Of a DNA stretch of 64,000 nt, positions 15,001 to 25,325 are shown piece by piece (the first letter of the stretch is position 1; every line of letters starts with the position of its first letter). The position numbers and the translations under genes are program-made. The stretch covers positions 16,154,948 through 16,218,947 of the forward strand of contig NC_092673.1 of the NCBI RefSeq assembly GCF_964355755.1. The letters are read 5' to 3'. The stretch comes from Antedon mediterranea. Taxonomy: Eukaryota > Animalia > Echinodermata. The notes beneath the pieces are model-generated. The model was not told where the DNA came from, ran no database searches, and saw only the letters and a program-made list of their open reading frames with translations.

Positions 15001-18000
15001 TTAAAGAAATTCAATAACAGCATTACTATACCTGAAAATAAAGTAAAATAAAAAACTGAATTAGATTAATCAAGTTTGGAAAACTTAAATTGAGTTATTG
15101 TCATTGTTGACTTTATGGAGTCAAAGCAGGCCTTCGTTCTAAGCTGAATAACTATAAAAACGCTCTGCGGTATGATTTAGGTAAAATGCAGAGTTAGTGA
15201 AACTTTTCTTTTATTACCTTTTTCATTTTTAAACGTTCAAAAGGAGGAGAAGCCAAAACCAGATAATTAACTTTCAAAATGACATAAAGTTACTGGCAAT
15301 ATATTATATATTTTCTTGTTTATCAGTGGCTATGTAGTGTTTAGTATTTTTTGTACATTTATTATAATATATTCTATATAAAGTCTGATCAAGTGGCATT
15401 AATTTAAGTAGGCTAATGTCATAATTTCATTTATTCATTTATTGCAAAAAACAAGGATGACATTACAATAGGAGATTTAAAAAATAGATTGCTCTAGTCT
15501 TTTTTAACCCCCTTTAAAGAAAAAAAAACACATTTGTTCTTTATATTCGTTGGTTTAAATTTTAAAATTAAATAACTGAATGTTTATGTTGTTTACAATA
15601 TTTAATTCTAATTCATTATTATTTCAGATCCAGAAAATCAAAGGTAAGTGTTTATTGAGTTTACAGTCGGGCAGCAAAGTGGTTGACCTCGCGAATTATT
15701 ACCAAATCAAAATTTGAATTGCCGCCATCTTGGAATCGCGATAAAGCAAGTAGTGCGGAAATACAAAATGCAGCAAAAAAAAATTTCAATAACATTTAAA
15801 TAGCATATTCATACAACTAAATTTATATTAATAAAATTCAACTAAGGATTTTACGAAAGATAGGCTACTTAAGAAATACTGCCGAGATCGGTTCCCCCAC
15901 ACGGCGTAGGGTACCGCAGTGCTAAGGGGCCTAGGTAGGAAAAAATCTGATTTTACCTGTTAAACATGCTTGAACCAAGGCCATTTTAATATATATTATC
16001 CAGATTATATATCAAAACAAACTGATAAAAGGATTTGTTGATTTGCTTCTGATGAGAAAAGTGCCGGATTCATTTCGCTGACGGCGAATGAATACACGAA
16101 TTTTCGCCATTTTCTAGCACTAGCCTTGGGTACCCAGACAGCTGATAACGATTATATTCGATTGTCCAGACGTCTCTGCTACTGGTGCTCAATACTACAG
16201 TATGTATTACCATTGACCTATAGGTCCATGGTATTACTGTACATATAACTGTATGTTTAGTTTTTGCTTTCTTTATGGCAAAATAAATATTTAATTTTTA
16301 TTATTGCTTATTTTGCTTTAACTTTATCCAAGAAGAAGTAAATATTATTATATATATGCATATTACAGTCAAGTTGCAACTGCCACGAATCCACTCCACT
16401 TTGGTTACTAACTAAATAATTAATAGTATAACATCATAACTAACAAACAAATTAACAAGTTAATAAATTAACCACCATTAAATAATTTTATTTACAAAAA
16501 AGTATTTTACATACAGTATAACATGTAATATCTTATTTACATCGAAGTAAAATATGCCTATCAAACTATCTTGCTCAGGCTAAAATATCAAGTTAAATCA
16601 TCGCAATAATAAAAATTTTTATTTTTTTTTTATTTTTAAAGACATCCGTTACGTACATCAATTTACAAATATCAAAATAGGATTGTTTTTGCAGCACAAG
16701 ATGAATCACAAGTCTGATAGTTTATTCTTAGAAACCTGAAAGAAAAAAAAAACACCAATAATGAGCTATTCATAGTTAAATAATTTTAATGTCAACTTTA
16801 GTCATCCTAAATTTTGTCGCCATGATCACTACTATACACAATACTGTATATATAAATATCATATGTACGACCATCCAAATTACCTCATCCTACCTACAGT
16901 CCTTCCTAGCCTAGGCTACATTATATTGTCATATATTTACAAACCTCCAACAGCCACAACGTATTTTCTTTGGCAAAGAATTTCCCGTAATATAGTCCTA
17001 AATTAATTAAATAAATCAAAAGGTCTAGGCCTAGGCCTTTCTTTAAATATCCGACGATATATATCCATAATCCAGTGGATATAGATTCAACATTTTAAAC
17101 ATAATAATAATATGGCTTCACATTGATTATAATAAGTCGGCGATATGCCACTAAAAACTAGCCTGCGGCCCTCTCTATCCGCCTACAAATAGCACTGGGT
17201 TTCCGTCAAATGGGCTAGGCCTAGATAATACTACAAGTTGGGTACATTTTTTTACAACCAAATAATCTACAATTATATTGCAATATTTACCAAACTAGCA
17301 CCAAATCAAAAATAATAAAGCTACTAATAACATATTTTGGTATATTAACTGGTTTAAAAACGGATTGCACATAGTGATTTTGAAGGATTGAAATTACTCA
17401 ACCACACAGCCTGTACTAAACATACGAATCCAAGATGGAGTCTGCTTAGAATATATCCCCAGCTTTGAACGGATATTGAATCCGTCCCACAAGCTGAACC
17501 AAGCTTAAACTTTCAGAAAAGATAGATTAATAACCTAATAACCAACCACTAAGTTTTTATAAAGGTTCCGTGCTGATGAGAAAAGTGCCGGATTCCCTAC
17601 GAAACCAAACAAATAAATCATGTAGCCTACCTCAACGAACACCTCCATCTGCACTTTTTTCTTCAATAAGCTCTGTCGTCCTTTCCTGGGCTATTTATAC
17701 CAAAATTTTGTGGCGGGAATAATCTTCCATATTAGGAGTAACAATTTCCAAATATAGAAAGATATAATTTAACCCGGATGGTGGAAATTGCAGCAGATTT
17801 GTAAGGGTATTCCCATGCAAAATGCTTGCCGCGAAGTGAAAAGCGAACCGGAAGTCACTATAACTTGGCGATGCTCAGTGACCTGCGCAGTTAAAAAACA
17901 GCGTTTTAACGGTTAAATGAGCACTTTGCTGCTCGACTGTTTACACCAACATTTTTTTTTAAATGTATCACTTTTTGTTTTAACAATTAATTTACAGCAA

Positions 18001-21000
18001 CACTTAACTACTTTATACTTTTAACCAAACTAATTATTTGTATATCCTAGGAGGATAGTAAAAAAGGGCTTGATATTGACTTCACTCAGTGTATATATTT
18101 TTCATACTGTTTAATTCAGTAAACAAACAAACAACTGGCTGTTGGTTTAGTATGTTCTATACCATAATCAATAAATCAGTAAATAGATGAAAGCACTCAG
18201 AAACTGAGTTAAGTACTTGGCAAAATATTGCCACTGAGGGAGTATGTTGAAAAATACATTTTTTTTGCTTTATTTTATTTTTTTTATTTTTTTTAATTTT
18301 ATTCAATTTCCAGGTAACATACACAAATCATAAACAAGGCACGGCATCATTCAACAAAACAGAACAAAGTACTATCAGCACCTGCGGGTAACCAAAAGTG
18401 GATCAGTTCAAAAGAACTGCACTGTCGAGTGGCTTTCCCAACTAATAGTACGAAAAACGCAAAAGACATAAAAACACAGTGATAGTCTAGATGAATTCGA
18501 TATCAGTAATACATTTATTCAAATCCCTTCTAAACCCCCCAAAGTTAAACAGGACTTTGTTACGAACTTCATGCGGGATACATTCCCATATTCGAGGAAA
18601 ATTAACAAACAGGGAGTATTTAAATGCATTAGTTCTAGCATACATGTGTTTAAAGGTGAGCGACTCTGGATACCGAGAATTAATTGTAAGGTATTCAAAT
18701 ATATCAAAATCAATTAAATTATGCAAACACTTAACTACAAAAATTATACTATGAAATTTCATTCTTTGAACCATATCTGGTAAATTTAGTATCTTAAGCC
18801 TGTCAGTGAAATCGCCTTCAACACACAATTTAGTAACCCGTCTTAATGACTTGTTAATAGCTATATTATGTTGTTTTTGATGTGGATCCCACACAGGAGC
18901 ACCATATTCAATAACAGGTCGACATAGTGCATTAAAAAGTCGTAGTAAAATTTCGGTGTCATTGAAACCTACAAACCGTTTGATAAACCCAAGCATTCTC
19001 ATTGATTTCATCGATACATCATTAACGTGAGCAGACCATGTTAAATCACGTGAGAAGTTAATACCAAGATATTTATGGGAATTAACAGCTTCAAGGGGAT
19101 TGGATTCGATTGTATAAATAAAATGAGGGATATAATTACGTTTCCTAGTTATGTGCATGACTTTACACTTCTTTGCATTTAATTTCATTTTATTATCCTC
19201 ACACCATTTGGAAATTTTACAAAGATCCTGTTGTAAGGTAAGTGCATCATGACGACTGAATACAGGTTTATAAATTACTGTGTCATCTGCATACTGCTTC
19301 ATAACAGAAGAGGTATTTAGAGGTAGGTCATAAACAAAGAGATTAAATAGAAGCGGGCCTAACACTGATCCCTGAGGAACACCCGAGCCCACTCTATCCC
19401 AATCAGAATGCTCCTTATTAAGAACAACACGTTGGAATCTGTCACTGAGAAAGGAGTGAAGACACTTTAGGAGAGGTCCACATACTCCCATGTTGTGCAG
19501 TTTCTTGATTACTAAATCATGGGGAACACGGTCAAAGGCCTTCTCCCAATCAAGGAATATTGCATCAATTACAGGAGGTTGTCTAACATCCATTGTTTGT
19601 GACCAATCATGATATAACGCTGAGGCCTGTGTAACACACGATCTACCTGGATAAAACCCGTGTTGCGTGGGACTTATAAATCCAAAAAATTGAAGATGAA
19701 AAAGAATGTTATCTGCTATAATACGTTCAAAAACCTTACCTATAATAGAACATAGCGATATGGGTCGATAATTATTAACATCGTTACGATTACCGGACTT
19801 AAAGATAGGAGTGACATTCGCGAGTTTCCAATCTTTTGGTACAAAGCCATCCGTTAAGAACTTGTTAAACATTTTGCACAACACTGGGGCAATAATTGGA
19901 GCTGACATGGATAACATTTTAGGTGTAATCCCGTCTGGTCCAGGGGATTTGTTGGGTTTCAATGACAATAGAGCCTCGAAAATAGTTTTTTCAGTAATAT
20001 TAATGTTATTAAGGGGAACAATATCTGGGTGAACACAATTACAGATCTCATGGTTAACATTGAAATTACGATTAGGTTCGTTAAAGTTTGACGCAAAGAA
20101 TGTGGAAAATGCATTTACCGCATCGATATCGGAAACCAAGGGTATACCATTAAAAACAAAGTTTTTGACTTGTCCAGTCTTACGCCTTGTCTTAACATAA
20201 CTAAAAAAACGTTTGGAGTCACCATTTACACAGGCGACACTTAATTTCCTAATATATTGTAAATGAGCTTTTTTTGTTAGGTTTCTTAATTTATTACTAA
20301 ACTTTCTATATTTGTCCATCTTATTTGGGTTATGAGGATGACGATGAGCCTCTTTTAGCATTCGTTTCTTTTTACGAGCCATGGTAACCATTTCTTGAGT
20401 TATCCAAGCTGGCCTGTTTCTTTTTTTACTTTTGACTTTAGGGATACAATCGTTGATAGTGGCGAGAAAGAGGTCTTTAAAATTTTCCCACATTTCCTCA
20501 CAGTCTGATTGTTCCAGGCACAGTCCCCAAGGAACCGCCCCCAACGTTGTAAAAAGATCGTCATGGTCACATTTACTATATTGATAATAATATCTATCTA
20601 CAGGTTTAACTTTACTGCATCTAGCGTTAATATTAAAATAAACCCCAAGGTGGTCACTTGTACTGAGACCGGGATGACTTCTGAAATTACATACAATGTC
20701 AGGGTTATTGCACAAGACCAGATCAATAATGCTACTTTTGGTGTTAGATACACGAGTAAAAAAATCAACAAATTGTATAGTATCAAGTGGAGCAATAATT
20801 TCTTTAAATTTCTTATAAACTAAGGGACTATCAACACCGTAATCATAATTAAAATCACCAGTTAAAATTACACCACAGTACTTATGTAAAATAGAAAGGA
20901 TAAAATCAACGACATCGTGGAATTGATTGAGCCAATCGTCATTTGAACTCGGTGGCCTATAAACAGCACATATTAAAACGTTAAAATTGTTATTTACAGT

Positions 21001-23690
21001 TATTTCAATAATTTTGACCTCAATGTTAGTAGGAAAGTCAACAATAGAGGATTTAAATGCGTTTTTCAAAGCTAACAGAACACCACCACCGTGTCTTGAA
21101 CGGTCTTTTCTGTACACAACGAATGAGTCTGGAAACAGTTCCGTACTATCAATAGAGGAGTCCAGCCACGTTTCTGTGACAATCAAGATATCCAATTCAT
21201 CAATTGCGATACGCGCATGGAATTCTTCGATCTTATTCACCACACTTCTGGCGTTAAATAAAGCAACTTGAATAAGGTTAGTTTCAAAGATGGAAGAATC
21301 AGTTGATGTATTGCTGGATGCAAGTGACAATATACTGTTGTTGTTGTTCAATGAGTTGTCAAAAAATGAGTCCGATAGTTGTGGTAGATAGCAGATGTTA
21401 CACGCCCATGGATTATCTTGATAAAACACATAACTATCGCTGCTCATAGGTATGCACTTGATATGAAATATGTGATGACATTCACAGCAAATCAGACATT
21501 TTTGATTGCGTCTCGCCGTTTTAGCGCAAGATTCACATGTATTCTTCGTACTATTACCGTTTCCAATATGCTGGCTCTTGTTCCTATGCATCAGCTCTGG
21601 GCCTGGGTGAGGATGAATGTCGCCACTAACCAACAAACATAGGTTAAAAGTCGAATAATGATTGGCGTAATATCTCACAGGCCTACTTGTATATCGTTTT
21701 CTTGTGGTGTTATTAATGCTAGCACATGTATGCAAAAAAAGAGAACATGACTCACCGACACGAATGTTATAGTGAACATTTTCGTTATGATAGCTGAGTT
21801 GACGAACCAGACAATCAAATGAACCTGGTTGAAATATGATTGATCTCAGAAATAATGTGCAGAGTAATGTCATCAAACAACTAAATAGAGTCATTATGAT
21901 GTTAAATAAGGCAATTCAAATAGGTCCAGATATGTGTTTGTTGTACCGGTACAGCTAATCAACTAGCGAGGCATTGTACTACACCGTACTACAGCAGCTG
22001 GTTAGGCGCGAAATGCAAATCACGGCGTGATCCGGAATTCCTTAGTTCCGACGGCACAAATACATAAAAAAACATCTAAAATCCACAAAATTGGACCACA
22101 GATCAAACATAAATACCATCAAGAATGTTCACAAGTGAAATAATAACGACTGGATACATACAAAACACCAAAGCAAAGTCAAATTCACTTGGAAAAACTG
22201 AAATTCCAAACACACTGAGGAGCACGATTAAAAACACGTCCGTGTCGTTCGAGTAGTGACCAGTCAATTAGGTATTAGCTTTTCAAATCCTGCTGGGGTT
22301 TATAATTTGTTTAAATAATTTTTAATGCAAACTTCGGTATTGCAATAATGACGTTTCTGAAAATCAAGATTGACCAGAACGATGGTTGAGGAGTGTCTTG
22401 AAGGCATGCTGATTTGCGGCACCCCTGCCTTTACCAATGGAATAAGCTTAATCGCTCGGCCATATATATATTTTGGTTCATGTCAAAGAATATGCCATGT
22501 TACAAGAATACAGAAGGCGTGCTATTTAATTTATATCATATTGAAGATAAGCTTTCGTGATATGGAATATATGCTGGTAATGACACATATGCTGGTACTA
22601 ACATTTTAATTATCAACGCTAACAATAGTTTCAGTTGACTAGAACAGCAACGCCAAAAGCAAGCGGGTGAATTTGAAAAGAAATATGTTTTTTATAACTA
22701 CTCGTTTTAAAAAACCTAAACCTTAAATCAAATTATGTTTTAAAATTACAAATCACAAATAACTCTTACCTCTTGTACAAAAATGAAAAAAAAATTTTGC
22801 CCGTACAGTTTGTTACTTTAAGACTGCTCGCCGGCTTTTTAACACTAGCTGGTCTAAAAATAATATAATTTATGTTATCTGTGAAATTATTAATTTTCCG
22901 TAATTTTAAGTAAGCATGGTCTCAAAGTATATACCTATCTACATTGAAAATGAATGATAACTTGAAAATTGTAGGCGCTATCGTGCTAACAAACATCCAT
23001 ACATGCATATGTATAGATGTTTGTATGTACATACGTATGAATGAATGAAAGGGCCTAACTTTCATCAATAATTGTTGGTTTTTTAGAGTTTGACTAATAA
23101 TTTGTGTATATTTTTATTTCCAGACTGAGTCAAAGGAGACGTTTTTGGAAGTTTTTAAAAGGTATTTAACTATTCTATTTTTTAAGTTCAGAGTCTCATT
23201 TTTTTTTTTAGATTACAACCTTGTTTTTTTATTGTAACCTACTGTAGTTGCAATTTATAAGAACTATATTTTTCTACCTTTTACATATAAATGCATTTTC
23301 AAACAAAAAATATAAAATATATAGATAGAAATTGTGTAATTCTTAGAAATGTTAAGAAAAACTCTTAATGGAAGAATCTTGAAAGCTTTCAAGAATATTT
23401 CTAGAAAGATAAGCATAAATTTTATGAAACTTTTTCTCATTGTTACAGATCACTGGTTGATAGTTACTATAATTTGGTTTATTTTATTCGCGACCTTTGT
23501 CATCTTAATTATTATATATGATGGCTTAGCAGCAAGAATTGGCAATGGTATTGGATTGTTGGTAACTGTTGGTGGTGGCTGTATCTGGTATGTGCATAAG
23601 AAAGTCACCAAGTCTCATACTCAGTCAACAAACGCAGCAGCAGACGGACAGAGAGTACGCTATGCGGAAATTTCCCAACAAGAACAATAG
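36..23690 (+). CDS. Gene A (5' end outside window): ROCO-type protein C-terminal half, with COR-like domain, low-complexity linker and two C-terminal TM helices. Exons 36-230, 452-646, 866-1168, 1266-1337, 1746-1962, 14858-14923, 15628-15643, 23124-23161, 23449-23690
   Basis: All exons are bounded by AG/GT and splice in phase without stops. Translation includes LLNFLYDLGEIVY..LKDQGVLDPMKLVEIF (COR-A-like), GILEEDLLRELW..LVALMIQLGFI, and FFVPLRL..IYYDFKGYLPDVLFP (COR-B-like). It ends HWLIVTIIWFILFATFVILIIIYDGLAARIGNGIGLLVTVGGGCIWYVHKK...QQEQ*. Family assignment is by motif recognition; joining of the distal exons is inferred from phase compatibility. Confidence 0.7.
2103..2295. mobile_element. 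Palindromic MITE (~190 bp) nested in the Harbinger-like element
   Basis: AAGGGCCTTTCACACCTGTTCCGGCACGGTTCCGGTCCGGCG ... CGCCGGACCGGAACCGTGCCGGAGCAGGTGTGAAAGGCCCTT, flanked by TA on both sides; largely self-complementary. Confidence 0.8.
3357..3450 (-). mobile_element. Short LINE 3'-end fragment; related copy on + strand at ~43460-43540
   Basis: GAGGGTGGTCTATCCAGCCGAAGCTGA..GGACCCTCA is the near reverse complement of 43471-43515, which is followed by AATAAA and A-rich sequence. Confidence 0.5.
3530..7525 (+). mobile_element. Near full-length CR1/L2-group (Crack/Daphne-like) LINE; boundaries approximate
   Basis: Single long reading frame split by one frameshift; ~30-bp tandem repeats in the 5' UTR (3588-3680); 3' UTR GGACCACAATGGAAATAAG..ATCC followed by AATAAA and an A-rich tail. 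Confidence 0.85.
3876..7354 (+). pseudogene. LINE ORF2 (leader, 2A-like motif, PHD finger, AP endonuclease, reverse transcriptase) with a 1-nt frameshift near 5905
   Basis: CIVC..CDNCDRWSHINC..CQEC (PHD); HLNTRSL, ISESWL, LGDFN, SDH (APE); NYRPVS, QSGFR, DLQKAFD, GVPQGSILGP, YADD, YLG (RT). ORFs 3876-5939 and 5927-7354 join at GLDSVPARF/KDGALAILHPLSH. Confidence 0.93.
9700..10690 (-). pseudogene. Decayed L2-clade reverse transcriptase fragment between the foldback arms
   Basis: Frameshifted pieces FDPLQSAYRKHHSTESAILKVHNDI, LDLSAASDT, ALNWFKSYLSSRKQQV, YHVYADDTQLY, YIGVVFD. Confidence 0.88.
10861..12575 (+). mobile_element. 5'-truncated RTE-clade LINE (frameshifted RT) inserted in the right foldback arm
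   Basis: KAPGIEG, PKKGDL..NYRGISL, QNGFR, DFRKAFD, QGDPLAP, FADD, FKYLGS, ILLYGCETW, GRP motifs; (TAAG)n tail; 8-bp TSD TTTGGTCA at 10853-10860 and 12576-12583. Confidence 0.92.
13260..13505 (+). mobile_element. 3' UTR remnant of a Crack/Daphne-like LINE
   Basis: GGATCCCAATGGAAATAAG...TATCC resembles the 3' UTR at ~7425-7480 and is followed by AATAAA. Confidence 0.5.
15664..17939. mobile_element. Non-autonomous TIR element (~2.3 kb), superfamily unassigned
   Basis: TIRs CAGTCGGGCAGCAAAGTG / CACTTTGCTGCTCGACTG (1 mismatch); TTTA on both flanks; inserted about 20 bp after the 15628-15643 micro-exon. Confidence 0.75.
18270..22260 (-). mobile_element. Apparently full-length CR1-group LINE; boundaries approximate
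   Basis: Intact 1135-aa ORF, ~360-bp 5' region, and an A-rich tail with AATAAA on the minus strand at ~18270-18305. Confidence 0.88.
18487..21894 (-). CDS. Intact LINE ORF2: hydrophobic leader, 2A-like motif, PHD finger, AP endonuclease, reverse transcriptase
   Basis: CESC..CCECHHIFHIKC..CNIC; NARSV, TETWL, VYRPP, GDFN, SDH; KSPGPDG, NYRPISL, QHGF, LDWEKAFD, GVPQGSVLGP, YADD, KYLG. Confidence 0.95.
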   Translation of the reverse strand: MTLFSCLMTLLCTLFLRSIIFQPGSFDCLVRQLSYHNENVHYNIRVGESCSLFLHTCASINNTTRKRYTSRPVRYYANHYSTFNLCLLVSGDIHPHPGPELMHRNKSQHIGNGNSTKNTCESCAKTARRNQKCLICCECHHIFHIKCIPMSSDSYVFYQDNPWACNICYLPQLSDSFFDNSLNNNNSILSLASSNTSTDSSIFETNLIQVALFNARSVVNKIEEFHARIAIDELDILIVTETWLDSSIDSTELFPDSFVVYRKDRSRHGGGVLLALKNAFKSSIVDFPTNIEVKIIEITVNNNFNVLICAVYRPPSSNDDWLNQFHDVVDFILSILHKYCGVILTGDFNYDYGVDSPLVYKKFKEIIAPLDTIQFVDFFTRVSNTKSSIIDLVLCNNPDIVCNFRSHPGLSTSDHLGVYFNINARCSKVKPVDRYYYQYSKCDHDDLFTTLGAVPWGLCLEQSDCEEMWENFKDLFLATINDCIPKVKSKKRNRPAWITQEMVTMARKKKRMLKEAHRHPHNPNKMDKYRKFSNKLRNLTKKAHLQYIRKLSVACVNGDSKRFFSYVKTRRKTGQVKNFVFNGIPLVSDIDAVNAFSTFFASNFNEPNRNFNVNHEICNCVHPDIVPLNNINITEKTIFEALLSLKPNKSPGPDGITPKMLSMSAPIIAPVLCKMFNKFLTDGFVPKDWKLANVTPIFKSGNRNDVNNYRPISLCSIIGKVFERIIADNILFHLQFFGFISPTQHGFYPGRSCVTQASALYHDWSQTMDVRQPPVIDAIFLDWEKAFDRVPHDLVIKKLHNMGVCGPLLKCLHSFLSDRFQRVVLNKEHSDWDRVGSGVPQGSVLGPLLFNLFVYDLPLNTSSVMKQYADDTVIYKPVFSRHDALTLQQDLCKISKWCEDNKMKLNAKKCKVMHITRKRNYIPHFIYTIESNPLEAVNSHKYLGINFSRDLTWSAHVNDVSMKSMRMLGFIKRFVGFNDTEILLRLFNALCRPVIEYGAPVWDPHQKQHNIAINKSLRRVTKLCVEGDFTDRLKILNLPDMVQRMKFHSIIFVVKCLHNLIDFDIFEYLTINSRYPESLTFKHMYARTNAFKYSLFVNFPRIWECIPHEVRNKVLFNFGGFRRDLNKCITDIEFI

Positions 23691-24165
23691 ATCACAAGGA
23701 AAGACACTGTAAACAGCCCTTGTATAAAGAATATCAAAGATAGATGTAAAATGATAAATATGTGAAACAAAATGGGAGTTTTGTCAGAATGATGAATGAA
23801 TAAAGATTTAGAGGGAGTTTAATTATAGATCACCATCCAAGGGTCATTATCACAATCCACTCTCCATTCCCCTCTTTTATAAAGAACCATTTGTAAAAAA
23901 AAAATAAATTTCCCCTCAAGGAATTCAACCTTGCTTGTCAAATGAAACGACAAAATTGATTTAAGGATTTTTTTTTTGTAAGCAACTTTCTTAAAATAGA
24001 ACTGTTATTAAAACTTGATGAAATTTGTTTACCGTTCCAAATTATATTATTGATTGAAAAGAAAATTAGACTTTTCAGTTTACCTCAAGGAATATGTGTA
24101 ATTGTGTATTAAAAGGACCGAAGAGAAAGAAGAGAGAAGAAATCATTAAATGAAATAAAGTAGGT

Positions 24166-24972
24166 AATGCTGTAGTAGACAGTTGTCAACATATTGAAGC
24201 TGTAACTCAGTTGTGAATTGTGTACTCAATGCTGTAGTAGACAGTTGTCAACATATTGAAGCTGTAACTCAGTTGTGAATTGTGTACTCAATGCTGTAGT
24301 AGACAGTTGTCAACATATTGAAGCTGTAACTCAGTTGTCAATTGTGTAATCAATGCTGTAGTAGACAGTTGTCAACATATTGAAGCTGTAACTCAGTTGT
24401 CAATTGTGTACACAATGCTGTAGTAAACAGTTGCCATCATATTGAAGCTGTAACTCAGTTGTCAATTGTCTACTCAATGCTGTAGTAGACAGTTGTCAAC
24501 ATATTGAAGCTGTAACTCAGTTGTCAATTGTGTACTCAATGCTGTAGTAGACAGTTGTCAACATATTGAAGCTGTAACTCAGTTGTCAATTGTCTACTCA
24601 ATGATGTAGTAGACAGTTGTCCACATATTGAAGCTGTAACTCAGTTGTCAATTGTGTACTCAATGCTGTAGTAGACAGTTGTCAACATATTGAAGCTGTA
24701 ACTCAGTTGTCAATTGTGTACTCAATGCTGTAGTAAACAGTTGTCAACATATTGAAGCTGTAACTCAGTTGTCAATTGTGTACTCAATGCTGTAGTAGAC
24801 AGTTGTCAACATATTGAAGCTGTAACTCAGTTGTCAATTGTGTACACAATGCTGTAGTAGACAGTTGTCAACATATTGAAGCTGTAACTCAGTTGTCAAT
24901 TGTGTACTCAATGCTGTAGTAGGCAGTTGTCAACATATTGAAGCTGTAACTCAGTTGTCAAATTGTCTACTC
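24166..24972. repeat. Tandem array, 62-bp unit, ~13 copies
   Basis: Unit AATGCTGTAGTAGACAGTTGTCAACATATTGAAGCTGTAACTCAGTTGTCAATTGTGTACTC. Confidence 0.97.
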
Positions 24973-25073
24973 ATTTATTTGTCATTTCATATTGAAAACC
25001 AATTGCTCTTACTATTTGAAAATGGACAGACAGACATGCTTACTATTTTTATATGATTACAGTCTAGATATCT

Positions 25074-25297
25074 GAAGTTACATAATTAGCATACACATTT
25101 TGATTGGTAGGAAGTTACATAATTAGCATACACATTTTGATTGGTAGGAAGTTACATAATTAGCATACACATTTTGATTGGTAGGAAGTTACATAATTAG
25201 CATACACATTTTTGATTGGTAGGAAGTTACATAATTAGCATACACATTTTGATTGGTAGGAAGTTACATAATTAGCATACACATTTTGCTTCGTAGG
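25074..25297. repeat. Tandem array, 37-bp unit, ~6 copies
   Basis: Unit GAAGTTACATAATTAGCATACACATTTTGATTGGTAG. Confidence 0.97.
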
Positions 25298-25325
25298 ATA
25301 TGGGAACAAAAAGTGGGTTTTTTTT

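Noticed and set aside
17570-17610. CTGATGAG...GAAAC as a hammerhead ribozyme (motif also at ~16049)
   Set aside because: Stem II does not pair beyond one base pair and I could not form stems I and III; more likely an internal repeat of the TE.
4064-21642. Antisense and alternative-frame ORFs overlapping the LINE ORF2s
   Set aside because: Shadows of the real coding strand, with no independent motifs.
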